Positions 1 to 11,400 of a stretch of DNA of 64,000 nt are shown here, piece after piece (the stretch's first letter is position 1; each line of letters opens with the position of its first letter). A program made the translations under genes and the position numbers. The stretch is taken from contig JANJGN010000016.1 in the NCBI GenBank assembly GCA_026770705.1, positions 87,048,001 through 87,112,000 on the forward strand, given 5' to 3'. Source of the DNA: Isurus oxyrinchus. Lineage: Eukaryota. The notes beneath the pieces were generated by a model. It searched no databases. It worked only from the letters and a program-made list of their open reading frames with translations, and was not told where the DNA came from.

Positions 1-262
1 TCTTTATCCTTTTCCATAACTGCTCTAAATCTAACTGAATTATGATCACTATTAGCCAAATACTCTCCCACTGATACACCTTCCACCTGGCCAGATTCAT
101 TCCCTGAAATTGTCCAAAACTGTCCCTTCTCTTGCTGAGTTTGTTATGTTCTGCCGAAAAAAAATCACCTGGATGGATTATAAGAATTTTACATCATCTA
201 AACATTTACACAGATTTGATCCCAGTTAATATTCGGGAAGTTGAAATACATTATAATGACAG
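1..262 (-). mobile_element. Decayed CR1-type LINE ORF2 fragment (C-terminal part of the APE endonuclease domain), in the J-C intron
   Basis: The reverse strand translates, with frameshifts and stops, to VIIM..FNFPNINWD...AREGTVLD.ISGNESGQVEGVSVGEYLANSDHNSVRFRAVMEKDK. This matches the APE motifs GDFNxPxINW, xLDL and SDH of CR1 ORF2. Confidence 0.8.
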
Positions 263-270
263 TGATTAAA

Positions 271-291
271 ATTCCTTCTCTTCCATTTCAG
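271..291 (+). promoter_or_regulatory. 3' splice acceptor (polypyrimidine tract + CAG) of the Ig light-chain C exon
   Basis: attccttctcttccatttcag|gc: the AG at 290-291 gives the phase-1 junction expected for J-to-C splicing and is in frame with the C-domain ORF. Confidence 0.9.
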
Positions 292-620
292 GCAGAGAGA
301 AGTCACCACCCACAGTGACCCTGCTGCCCCCCTCCCCAGAGGAGGTCAAGACCAAGGGCACTGCCACCCTGGTGTGCCTTGCCAATCACTTCTATCCCGA
401 TGAGGTGAAGGTGGAGTGGAAGAAGGACGGTGCAGCCATTTCGGACGGGGTTCAGACCAGCAACTACCTGCGAGCTTCAGACAGCACCTACAGCGTCAGC
501 AGCCTGCTGACCCTCTCTGGCTCCGGCTGGGAGTCCAACGCCAGCTTCTCCTGTGTCGTCACCCACGAGAGTCTTTCCTCTCCCCTCAGCAAGAGCATCA
601 GGAGATCAGAATGTGCGTAG
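292..620 (+). CDS. IGKC: Immunoglobulin light-chain constant-region exon (C1-set), cartilaginous-fish kappa (type III/NS4)-like
   Basis: Translation: (x)REKSPPTVTLLPPSPEEVKTKGTATLVCLANHFYPDEVKVEWKKDG...STYSVSSLLTL...FSCVVTHESLSSPLSKSIRRSECA*. It has the canonical C1 Cys/Trp/Cys, FYP, YSxSS and CxVxH motifs, a penultimate Cys for the H-L disulfide, and TAG at 618-620. The listed start at 315 (GTG) is not a real start; the exon is spliced. The kappa isotype call is from remembered similarity to shark NS4/type III and is less certain than the light-chain call. Confidence 0.93.
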
Positions 621-780
621 AGTGTTAGAGACAGTCCACAGAGGAGATACAACTTTAAATAGAACAGGGGTGAGCTGGGAGGGCAAAGGTCATTGTCAGC
701 ACCAAATTACAACTCTCTTCCTTCTCAGGACTGGCTCTGAGACACTTTTGAGGGTCAGGGGTTAACGCACGTTATTGGTG

Positions 781-990
781 CAGTGTACAGTGAGGTTCAT
801 TCTGTATCTAACACTGTGCTGTACCTGTCCTGGGAGTTTTTGATGGGGACAGTGTAGAGGGAGCTTTACTCTGTATCTAACCCCGTGTTGTACCTGTCCT
901 GGGAGTGTTTGATGGGGACAGTGTAGAGGGACCTTTACTCTGTATCTAGCCCCCTGCAGCACCTGTCCTGGGAGTGTTTGATGGGTCAGT
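781..990. repeat. 69-bp tandem repeat, ~3 copies (widespread elasmobranch dispersed satellite), in the IgL 3' UTR
   Basis: tctgtatcta recurs at 801, 870 and 939 (period 69). Unit: ctctgtatctaaccccgtgytgtacctgtcctgggagtgtttgatggggacagtgtagagggagcttta. Confidence 0.9.
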
Positions 991-1188
991 TTAATCTCGT
1001 GATGCTAAGTAAAACCTCTCTAAGATGCTGAAGACTGTCAGCTGTACAAAAATAATGTGACCCTCCGAAGTGTCTGCTTCAGTAAACCAGACCCCTTCCT
1101 GCTCACCCTGCAGTTACAATTTAAGGTTTAGTCACTGTTTAAAGGGACAGGATTCTCATGTTCTGGAGAAAATCTCCACAAGCGTTTT

Positions 1189-1194
1189 AATAAA
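1189..1194 (+). terminator. Candidate proximal polyadenylation signal AATAAA
   Basis: First AATAAA after the C-exon stop; T/GT-rich sequence follows at ~1238-1262. Confidence 0.45.
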
Positions 1195-1283
1195 CCTCCA
1201 TTCTCCCTATGAATTTCTCCAGCTTCCTCTGGCTGGGCTGTTTATTCAAGTCTTTTTTCTGTAAATGTCAATGTGTAAAAGGT

Positions 1284-1289
1284 AATAAA
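1284..1289 (+). terminator. Candidate distal (likely main) polyadenylation signal AATAAA of IgL
   Basis: AATAAA is followed ~14 nt later by CA and a GT-rich downstream element (gtctctgtctggtgagtgctttgg). Confidence 0.6.
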
Positions 1290-1350
1290 CATTAAGAATA
1301 TTCAGTCTCTGTCTGGTGAGTGCTTTGGAAATGTCCCACCTCCCCATCAG

Positions 1351-1391
1351 CTGATTGGCTGCATTTCAGCAAGTGATTGTCCTGATTGGCT
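1351..1391. promoter_or_regulatory. Two identical inverted CCAAT/Y boxes (CTGATTGGCT), 31 bp apart
   Basis: Exact 10-mer at 1351-1360 and 1382-1391; a further gccaat at ~1438. Function is not demonstrated. Confidence 0.4.
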
Positions 1392-1551
1392 GGTTGGCCT
1401 GTCAATCAATGACACCAACAGAAGATTTGTTTTAAAGCCAATTATCAATCATTTTAAAATGATCAGTTTTATCCTGAATCTCTTGAATTTACAAGATTAA
1501 AAACAGAAAAGAAACTGGAAGTTGCTGGGATTAAATCATCACAACCACAAT

Positions 1552-1930
1552 TAAGTCAGGAGTGCAAACTGTAGCCAGTCCAGGAGATGTGCTCTCAGGC
1601 CCTGTGCTACTTTTACACTCGATCCTGTTGCAATAACCACCAACATTCCATCTACCTTCCGAATCACTTGCTGCATCTGCAAACCGACTTTTTGTGATTC
1701 ATGCACCAGGACACCCAGATCCCTCTGGATCGCAGAGTTCTGCAGCCTCGTTCCATTCAAATAATTTACTGCTTTTCTATTCTTCCTACCAAACGGACAA
1801 TACACATTCTCCCACATTATTCCCCACCTGCCAAATATTTCCCCACTCGCTTAACCGCTCTAAATCCCTTTATTGGCCCATTCTGTCCTCTTGACAACTT
1901 ACTTTCCAAGCAATATTTCTGTCATCAACA
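1552..1930 (-). mobile_element. Decayed CR1 LINE ORF2 fragment (RT from the catalytic DD into the C-terminal region)
   Basis: Reverse translation DD.NIAWKVSCQED...DLERLSEW.NIWQ / FGRKNRKAVNYLNGTRLQNSAIQRDLGVLVHESQKVGLQMQQVIRKVDGML is typical of CR1 ORF2. Stops and frameshifts are present. Confidence 0.88.
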
Positions 1931-1935
1931 AGTCT

Positions 1936-2407
1936 ATTTATTTTTTATTCATTTATGGCTTGTGGGTGTCGCTGACTAGGTCAGCATCTATTGCCCATCC
2001 CTAATTGCCCTTGAGAATGTGGTGGTGAGCTGCCTTCTTGAATCATGCTGTCCATGTGGTGTAGGTACACCCACAGTGCTGTTAGGGAGGGAGTTCTAGG
2101 ATTTTGACCCAGAGACAGTGAAGGAACAACAATATATTTCCAAATCAGGATGGTGAGTGGCTAGTAGGGGAACTTCCAGGTCGTGGTTTTCCTACCTACC
2201 TGCTGCCCTTGTCCTTCTAGATATCGGTAGTCGTGGGTTTGGAAGGTGCTGTCTAAGGAGACTTGGTGTGTTTCCGCATTGCATCGTGTAGATGGTACAC
2301 ACTGCTGCCACTGTGTGTCGGTAGTGGAGGGAGTGAATGTTTGTGGATGTGGTGCCAATCAAGTGGGCTGTTTTGTCCTGGATTGTGTCAAGCTTCTTGA
2401 GTGTTGT
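1936..2407 (-). mobile_element. 3' end of a non-LTR retrotransposon (CR1/L2 group): ORF2 C-terminus plus 3' UTR and A-rich tail; truncated on its 5' side where the G-rich array begins
   Basis: Reverse translation TTLKKLDTIQDKTAHLIGTTSTNIHSLHYRHTVAAVCTIYTMQC...LRQHLPNPR.P.SRRTRAAG; the tail reads ...aaatgaataaaaaataaat on the minus strand. Confidence 0.82.
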
Positions 2408-5400
2408 AGGGGGTGGAGGGGTGGGGGTGGGTGATGCCGTGGGTGGAGGTGGAGGGTGATGCCGGGGTTGGGGGTGTTGGTGATGCCGGGGTTGGGGGGG
2501 GTGGGTGATGCCGGGGCTGGGGGGGGGTGGGTGATGCCGAGGGTGGGGGGTATGTGATGCCAGGGGGTGGAGGTGTGGGTGATGCCTGGGGTAGGGGGTA
2601 TGTGATGCCGGGGGGTGGGGGTGTGGGTGATGCCGGTGGTGAAGGTTGGGTGATGCCGGGGGTGGGTGCGCGTATGATGCCGTGGGTGGGGGGCTGGGTG
2701 ATGCCGAGGGTGGGGGGCTGGATGATGCCGAGGGTGGAGGCTGAGGCACCCATGGGTGGGGGCGTTGGGTGATGCCGGGGGTGAGGGTAATGCCGGAGGT
2801 GGGGGGCTGGGTGATGCCAGGAGTGGTGGGTGGGTGTTGTGGGTGATGTCGGGGATGATGGGGTGGGTGATGCCAGTGTTGGGGGTGTGGATGCTACTGG
2901 GGGATGGGCTGGTGGGTAACGCCGGGGACGGGGGTTGGGGGTTGTCGTGTGTGGGAGGGGTGGGCGATGCCATGGGTGGGGAGGGTAGGTGATGCCGGTG
3001 TTGAGGGGGTGGGTGATGCCGGGAGTGGAAGGGGTGGGTGATGCCGGTGGTGGGCGTGAGGATGATGCAGAGGATGGGAGGGTGGGTGATGCCACGGTTG
3101 GGGCGTGGGGTGATGCTTGGGATGGGGGGGGTGGGGGAATAGGTGACATCGAGTGAGGAGGGTGTGGGTGATGCCGGGGTTGTGGGCATTGGTAATGCGT
3201 GGGGTAGGGGGTGGTTGATGTCTTTGTTGGGGGCCTGGGTGATGCTGGGGGTGGGGGAGTGGGTAATGTCAGAGGTGGGGGTGTGGGTGATGCCGGTGGT
3301 GGGGGTTGGGTGATGCCGGGGGTGGGGACACGGATGATGCCGTGGGTGGGGGGGCCAGGTGATGGCGGGGTGGGGGGGTGGGTGATGCCGGGGTTGTGGG
3401 GGGGTGGGTGATGCTGCTGGTGGGGGGTGAGGGACCTATGAGTGGGGGTTTGGGTGATGCTGGAAGTGGGGCTGGAGGTTGTGGGTGATGCCGGTTGTTG
3501 TGGGGTGGGTGATGCCGGCAATGGGGGGTGTGGGTGATGTCAGCGTTGCGGGTGTGGGTGTTGTTGGGATTGGGGGTGGTGGATGATGCCATGGGTGGCG
3601 GGGGGTGGGTAATGCCTGGGATGGGTGATGCCAGGGTTATGGGCTGCGTAATGCCAGGTGTGGGGGGGTAGTTGATTCCGGTGATGAGGGGGTGGATGTT
3701 GGGGTGTATGGGGCTGGGTGATGCCCGGGGTTGAGAGGGTGGTTGATGCCGGAAGTGGGGGCTTGAGTGATGCCGGGTGTGGGGGGGTGGGTGATGCCGG
3801 GGTGATGGGCGTGGATGATGCCTGGGGTAGGGATGGTGGGTGATGCAGGGGGTGGAGAAATGTGTGATGTTCTGGGTGGTGGGGTGGGGGATGCCGAGCT
3901 TGAGGGTGTGTGTGATGCCGGGGTTGTGGGGGTGGGTGACGCCTGGCATAGGGGGTGCGTGATGCTGAGGGTGGGGTTGGTTGATGCCTGGGATGGGGGC
4001 CTGGATGATGCCGGGGGTGGGAGAGTGAGAAATGCCAGAGCTGGGGGTTGGGTGATGCCAGGGCTGGAGGGTGAGGGACCCATGGGTGGGGGATTGGGTG
4101 ATGCTGGGTTGAGGGAGTGGGTAATGCCGGATGGTGGGGTGCTGGGAGAAGCCGGGGATGGAGGAGTGTGTGATGCCGGGCGTGACAGGGTGGTGATGCC
4201 GAGGTAGGGGGTGAGGGTGATGCCGGAGTGTGGGTGGGGGTTGTGGGTGATGCCAGTGTTGGCAGTGTGGGTGTTACTGGGGGTGGGGGGTGGTGGGTGA
4301 TGCCGGGGGTGGTGGGGTGGATGATGCCGGGACTGGTGGTTGAGGGTAATGCCCGTGTTGGGTGTGTGGGTGTTGCTGGGGGTGAGGGGGCAGGTGATAC
4401 CGGGGGTGGGGGAATAGGGGATGCCGGGGGGTGGGGGGCTTGGGTGATGCCGGGCGTGGGGGCGCGGATGATGCCAGAGGTGGGGGTGGGGTTTGTGGGT
4501 GATATCAGGAGTGTTGGGGTGGGTGATGCCAGTGTTGGCGGTGTGGATGCAGCTGGGGGATGGGCTGGTGGGTGATGCCAGGGGTAGAGGGGGGAGTAGA
4601 ATGCCGGGGATGGGGGTTGAGGGTTGTCGGGGGTGGGAGGGGTGGGTGATGCCATGGATGAGGTTTGGGTGATGCCGGGGTGGAGGGGGTGGGTGATGCC
4701 GGAGGTGGGGGCGTGGGTGAAACCGTGGGTGGGGGGGTTGGGTGATGCTGGTGGTGGGAGTGTGGAAGATGCAGAGGATGGGGGGTGGGTGATGCCACGG
4801 TTGGGGGGATAGGTGCTGCTTGGGATGGGGAGGTGGGGGAATAGGTGATGTCGAGTGTGGAGTGGGTGGGTGGTGCCGGGGGTGGGATGGTGGGTAATGC
4901 CGGGGCTGGGGGAATAGGTGATGCCAGTGGGTGGTGGGGTGGTTGATGTCGTTGATGCAGGTGTGTGTGATACCGGGGTTGTGGGCGTGGGTGACGCCTG
5001 GGGTAGGGTGTGGGTGATGTCGGGGGTGGGGGCAATGTTGATGCCTGGGATGGGGGCCTGGGTGATGCCGGGGGTGGGGGAGTGGGTAATGCCAGAGGTG
5101 GGAGTGTTGGTGATGCCGGTGGTGGGGGTTGGGTTTTGCCTGGGGTGGGGGTTGTTTGATGCCGGGAGTGGGATGGTGGGTGATGCCACGGGTGGGGGTT
5201 GGCTGATGCTGGGGGTGGGGGTGAGGGACTCATGGGAGGGGTTTTGGGTGATGCTGGGTTTGAGGGAGTGGGTAATGCCGGATTGGGGGGGCTTGATAAT
5301 GCCAGGTGTGGGGGAATGGATGATGCCGGGCGTGAGGTGGTGATGATGCCCGGGTAGGGGGTATGGGTGATGCCGGGAGTGGATGTGGGGTTTGTGGGTG

Positions 5401-8400
5401 ATGCTCAGGGTGGTGGGGTGGGTGACGCCGGGAGTGACTGATACCAGTGTTGGCTGTGTGTGTGTGGCTGGGTGTGGGGGTGGTGGGTGATGCCATGGGT
5501 GGGGGAGTGGTTGATGCCGGGGCTGCAGTGGTGGGTGATGCCCAGTGTAGTGTGTTGGGTGATGCCAGGAGTGGGGTTGGTGGTTGATGCCGGAGGTGGG
5601 GGTGCGGATGATGCCATGGGTGGGGTGCCAGGTGATGCCGAGGGTGGGGGTGGGTAATGCCTGCGGTGGGTGATGCCAGGGTTGGGGGCTGCGTGGTGCT
5701 GGGTGTGGGGGGGTGGTTGATTCTGGGGATGGTGTGGGTGGATGGTGGTGCGGGTGGGGGGGTGTGGATGATGCCAGGGATGGGAGGGGTGGGTGATGCC
5801 ATAGATGGGGGGGTGGGGGATGCCGTGAGTTGGGGGGTGGGTGATGCTGGGGTTGGTGGTTGGTTGATGCCGGGGGTGGGGGGCTGGATGATGCCGGTGG
5901 TGGGGGTGTGGGTGATGCAGGGGTTGGGGTGGTGGGTGATGCCATGGGTTGGGGGGTGGGTGAAGCCAGGGGTGGAGAATGTTGGTGATGCCGGGGTTGG
6001 GGGAATAGGTGATGTTAGGGGTGTTGGGATGGGTGATGCCGGGCGTGAGGGGGTGTGTGATGCCGGGGTTGTGGGCGTGTGTGATGCCTGGGGTGGGGTT
6101 GGGCGATGCTGAGGGTGGGGGTTGGTTGACGCCTAGGATGGGGGCCTAGGTGATGCCGGGGGTGGGGGAACGCGAAATGCCAGAGGTGGGGGTGTGGGTG
6201 ATGCCGGTGGTGGGGGTTGGGTGATGCCGATGTAGAGGGTGAGTGTGATGCCGGAGTGTGGATGGGGGTTTGGGTGATGCCGGGGCTGGTGGTATGGGTG
6301 ATGCCGGGACTGTGTGAGGCCAGTGTTGGCAGTGTGGGTGTTGCTGGGGGTGGGGGTGGTGGGTGATGCCGGGGTTGGTGGGGTCGATGATGCCGGGAGT
6401 GGTGGGTGAGGGTAATGCCCATGCTGGGGGTGTGGGTGCTGCGGGGGGTGAGGGGGCATGTGATACCGGGGGTGGGGGCTGAGGGAGCCATGGGTGGGGG
6501 ATTGGGTGATGCTGGGTTGAGGGAGTGGGTAATGCCGGAGGGTGGGGTGCTGGGTGATGCCGGGTGTGATGGGGTGGTGATGCCGGGGTATGGGTTGTGG
6601 GTGATGCCGGAGTGCGGGTGGGCGTTGTGGCTGATGCCAGGGGTGGTGGTGTGGGTAATGCCGGGAGTGGTGGGTGAGTTTAATGCCCCTGTTGGGGGTG
6701 TGGGTATTGCTGGGGGTGAGGGGGCAGATGATACCGGGGGTGGGCGTGCTGGGTGATGCCGGGGTTGAGATGGTGGGTGATGCCGTGGGTGGGAGAATAG
6801 GGGATGCCGGGTGTGGGTGATGCCGGGGGTGAGGGGGTGTGTGATGCCGGTGTTGTGGGCGTGGGTGACACCTGGGTTAGCGGGTGGGTGATGCTGGAGG
6901 AGGAAGGGTGGTTGATGCCTGGGATGAGGGCCTCGGTGATGCTGGGGGTGAGGGAGTGTGTAATACCAGAGGTGGGAGTGTGGGTGATGCCGGCGGTGGG
7001 GGTTGGGTGATGCCATGGGTGGGGGTTGGCTGATGCTGGGAGTGGGGTGGTGGGTGATGCCGCGGGTGGGGGTTGGCTGATGCTGGGGGTGGAGGTGAGG
7101 GAAACATGGGTGGGGGGTTGGTTGATTCTGGGGTTGAGGGACTGGGTAATGACGGAGGTGGGGGGGTGGGTGATGCCGGGGATGGGGGAGTGGGTGCTGC
7201 CGGGAGTGAAGGGGTCGTGATACCGGGGTAGGGAGTATGGGTGTCGTGGGTGTTGCCATAGGTGGGGGAGTGGTTGCTGCCGTGGTTACGGCGGTGGTGA
7301 TGCCGGGTATAGCATGATGGGTGATGCCGGGGGTGGTTGTGGTGGGTGATGCCGGGGGTGGGGGCAGGGATGTTGCCGTGGGTGGGGTGCCAGGTGATGT
7401 CGAGAGTGGGTAATGCCAGGGTTGGAGGCTGCGTGATGCTGGGTGTGGGGGGGTGATTGATTCCGGCGATGGGGGAATGGATGGTGGGGTGGGTGAGGGG
7501 TGGATGATGCCGGGGGTATGGGGTGGGTTTTGCCCGGGGTGGGGTGGTTGTCGTTGCAGGGGTGGGAGGGGTGGGTGATGCCATGTGTGGGGGGGGGTGG
7601 GTGATGCTGGGGTTGAGGTGGTAGGTGATGCCGGTGGTGGAGGGAATGGTTGATGCTGGGGGTGGAGTGGTGGGTGATGCCGTGGATGGGTGTTGGGTGA
7701 TGCTGAGGTTGAGGGAATGGGTAATGCCGGACGTGCGGGGTTGGTGATGCCGGGGTAGAGGATGTGGGTGATGCCGGGAGTGGATGTGGGGGTTGTGGGT
7801 GATGCTGAGGGTGGTGGGGTGGGTGATGCCATGGGTGGGGTGTGGGCGTTGCAGGGGGTAGGGGCGACTGGGTGATGCCATGGGTGGGGGGGGTGATGCC
7901 AGGGGTGGAGGAGGTTGTTGATGCCGGGGGAGGGGCAATAGGTGATGTCGAGGGTGGTGTGGAGGGTGATGCCGGGCGTGAGGGGGTGTGTGATGCCAGG
8001 ATTGTGGGCGTGAGTGATGCCTGGGGTAGGGGTTGGGTGATGCCGAGGATGGGGGTTGGTTGATGCCTAGGATGGGGGCGTAGGTGATGCCGGGGGTGGG
8101 GGAGTGCGAAATGCCAGAGCTGGGGGTGTGGGTGATGCCGGGGCTGGGGGCCTGTGTTATGCCAGGTGTGCGGAAGTGGGTAATACCAGAGCTGGGGGTG
8201 TGGGTGATGCCGGTTCTGGGGGTTTGGCTGATGCCGGGGGTGGGGGTGTGGGACCCATGGGTGGGGGGTTGGGTGACACTGGGGGCGAGGGAGTGGGTAA
8301 TGCCGGAGGTGAGGGGCTGGGAGATACTGGGGGTGGAGGAGTGGGTGATGCCGGGCGTGTGGGGATGGTGATGCCGGGGTAGGGGTTGTGAGTGATGCCG

Positions 8401-11400
8401 GGAGTTGGGTTGGGGTTTGTGGGTGATGCCGGGGGTGGTGGTGTGGGTGATGCCGGCAGTGGGTAGTGCCATTGTTGGCAGTTTGGGTGTTGCTGGGAGT
8501 GGGGTTGGTGGGTGATGGCGGGTTAGTGGGATGGGTGATGCCCGGAGTGGGGGGTGTGGGTGATGCCACTGTTGGCAGCGTAGGTGTTGCTGGGGGTGAG
8601 GTGGGAGGTGATACCGGGGGTCGGGGCGCTGGGTGATGCCAGGGTTGGGCGAGTGGGTGATGCTGGGGTTGGGGGAATAGGTGAAGTTGGGTGTGGTGGG
8701 GGGGTGGCTGGTGCCGGTGGTGAGGGGGTAGGTGATGCTGGGGGTTAGAGGGAGTGTGATGTCTGGGGTAGGGGGAGGGTAATGCTGGGGCTGTGTGGTG
8801 GCAGGGTTGGTGGAGTGGGTGTTGCTGGCGGTAAGGGGGTGGGTGATGCTTGGAGTGGGTGTGGGGGTGGTGGGTGATGCTGGGGGTGGGTGTTGGCACG
8901 GTTGGAGGGGTGGGTGATGACGGGTGTGGGGAGGCGTGTGATGCCGGGGAGGTGGGTTGTTGCGTGAAGCTGGGGTTGGGGGTAGTTCGTGTTGCCGGGG
9001 GTGGTGGGTGTGTGTGATGCAGGGGATGGGGGGTTGGGTGATGCCGGGGGTGGTGGGGTGGCTGATACCTGGAGTGGGGGCTGTGGGTGATGCCAGTGTT
9101 GGGGTTGGGATGGTGAGTAATGCCATTGGTGGGGGTGTGGGTGATGCCGGGGGTGAGTGGATGTGTGATGCCAGGGTTGTGGGTGTGGGTGATGCCTGGG
9201 GTGAGTGGATGTGTGATGCCGCGGGTGGGGATTGGCTGATGCTGGGGGTGGGGGTGAGGGACCCATGGGTGGGGGTTTGAGTGATGCTGGGGGTCAGGGA
9301 TTGGGTGATGCCGGGAGTGGGAGGGTGGCTGATGCCGGGGTTGAGGGGTTGGGTGATGACGAGGGTGGACAGCGTTGGTGATGCCGGGGATGGGGGAGTG
9401 GCTGATGCCTGGGGTGGGCGAGTGCTTGATGCCAGGTGCGGGAAGGTGGTGATGCCTGTGGTGGGGGAGGTGGGTGATGCCAGGGGTGATGTGATTGGTG
9501 ATGCTGGGGTTGAGGCGGTGCGTGATGCAGGGGGTGGGGGGGTTGGTGATACCAGGTGTGAGGGGCTGTGTGATGCCGGGGTTGCGGGAGTGGGTGACAC
9601 CTGGGGTATGGGGTGGGTGATGCCGGGGTGGGGGGGGCGGTTGATGTCTGGGATGGGGGCCTGAGTGATGCCGGGTGTTGGGGGAGTGGGTAATGCCTGA
9701 GGTGGGATTGGGTGATGCCAAGCGTGGGGGTTGGTGATGCTGGGGGTAGGGGTGAAGGACACATGGTTGTGGGGTTGGATAAAGCTGGATGTGTGGGAGA
9801 GGGTAATGCCGGAGGTGGGGGGCTAGGTGATGCCAGGGTTGGAGATGTATGTGATGCCGGGGGGCTGGGGATGTAGGTGATGCCAGGGTTGGGGGGGTGG
9901 GTGATGCCGGGGTTGGGGTGGGGGTTGTGGGTGATGCCGGGAGTGGTGGGGTGGGTTAGCCGGGAGTGGGGTGGTGGTTGTTGCCAATGTTGGGGGTGTG
10001 GGTGTTGCTGGGAGTGGTGGGGGTGGGTTAGCCGGGAGTGGGGTGGTGGTTGTTGCCAATGTTGGGGGTGTGGGTGTTGCTGGGGGTGAGGGGGTGTGTG
10101 ATTCCGGGTTTGGGAGTGATAGGTGATGCCAGGTGTGGGGGGAGTTGGGTGATGCCAGGGCTGGTGACGCCACGGTTGATGGTTGTGTGATGCTGGGGAT
10201 GGTGGGGGGTGTGGATGATGCCGGTTGGATTGGGTGTTTGGTGGAGCCAGGGCTGAGGAGGTGTGTGATATTGGGGGTGAGGGTGGTGGGTTTTGCCTGG
10301 AGTGGGAGGGTGGGTGATGCTGGGGGTAGGTGATGCCTGGGGTGGGGGGAGTGGTGATGCTGGTTATGGGGTGGTGGGTGGTACCGGGATGATGGGGTGT
10401 GGGTGACGCCTGGGGTAGGGGGGCGGGTGATGCTGGGGGCCGGGGGGCGGTTTATGCCTGGGATGGGGGCCTGGGTGATGCCGGGGGTCGGGGAGTGGGT
10501 AATGCCAGAGTTGGGGGTGTGGTTGATGCCGGTGCTTGAGGTTGGGTGATCCCAGGGGTGGGGTTTGGCTGATGCCTGGGGTCGGGTGCTGGGTGATGCC
10601 GCGGGTGGGGGTTGGCTGATGCCGGGGTTGGGGGATGAGGGACCCATGGGTGGGGGGATGGGTGATGTTGGCGGTGAGGGAGTGGGGTAATGCCGGAGGT
10701 GGGGGGCTGGGTGATGCCGGTGGTCGAGTAGTGAGTAATGCCAAAGGTGGGGGTGTTGATGATGCCGGGGGTGGGGGTAGGGTGATGCTGGGGGTGGGGG
10801 AGTGGGTAATGCCAATGTTGGGGGTGTTGGTGATGCTGGTGCTGGGTGTTGGGTGATTGCCGTGGGTGGGGTTGGCAGATGCCAGGGGTCGGGTGGTGGG
10901 TGATAACACGCGTGGCGGTTGGCTGATGCTAGGGGTGGGTGATGAGGGCCCATGGGTGAGGGGTTGGTGGATGCTGGGTGTGAGGGAGTGGGTAATGCCG
11001 GAGGTGGTGGTTCTGGGTGATGCCGGGGTTGGGGGAGTGGGTGATGCTGGGGTAGGGGGTTGTGGGTGATGCCATGAGTGGGGGTTGGTGTTGTGGGTGA
11101 TGCCGGGGGTGGTTGATGCCAGTGTTGGCGGTGTGGGTGTTGCTGGGGGTGAGGGGGCAGGTGATACTGGGGGTGGGGGGTGGGGGTGAAGCCGGTGGTT
11201 CGTGGGGGTGGGTGATGCCGTTATTGGGGCAGTGGAAGATGCCGGGTGTGGGGGTTGGTTGATGCCGGGGCTGGGGTGTGGGTGATGCCGGGGGTGTGGG
11301 TGAGTGTGATGCCTGAGGTAGGGGGGTGGGTGATGCCAGGGTTATGGGTTGGGTGATTCCATGTGTGGGAAGGTGGGTGGTGCCGTGGGTGGAGGAATAG

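Noticed and set aside
84-171. Two CACCTG E-boxes suggesting a kappa intronic enhancer
   Set aside because: Both lie within CR1 coding remnant sequence, and I saw no accompanying NF-kB or octamer site.
1161-1170. STAT6-type motif TTC-N4-GAA
   Set aside because: A single short motif, expected by chance without conservation data.
416-1264. Short alternative ORFs overlapping the C exon and 3' UTR (416-628, 553-765, 762-962, 1070-1264)
   Set aside because: Off-frame shadows of the Ig exon, translation of the 69-bp repeat, or UTR sequence with no recognisable protein features.
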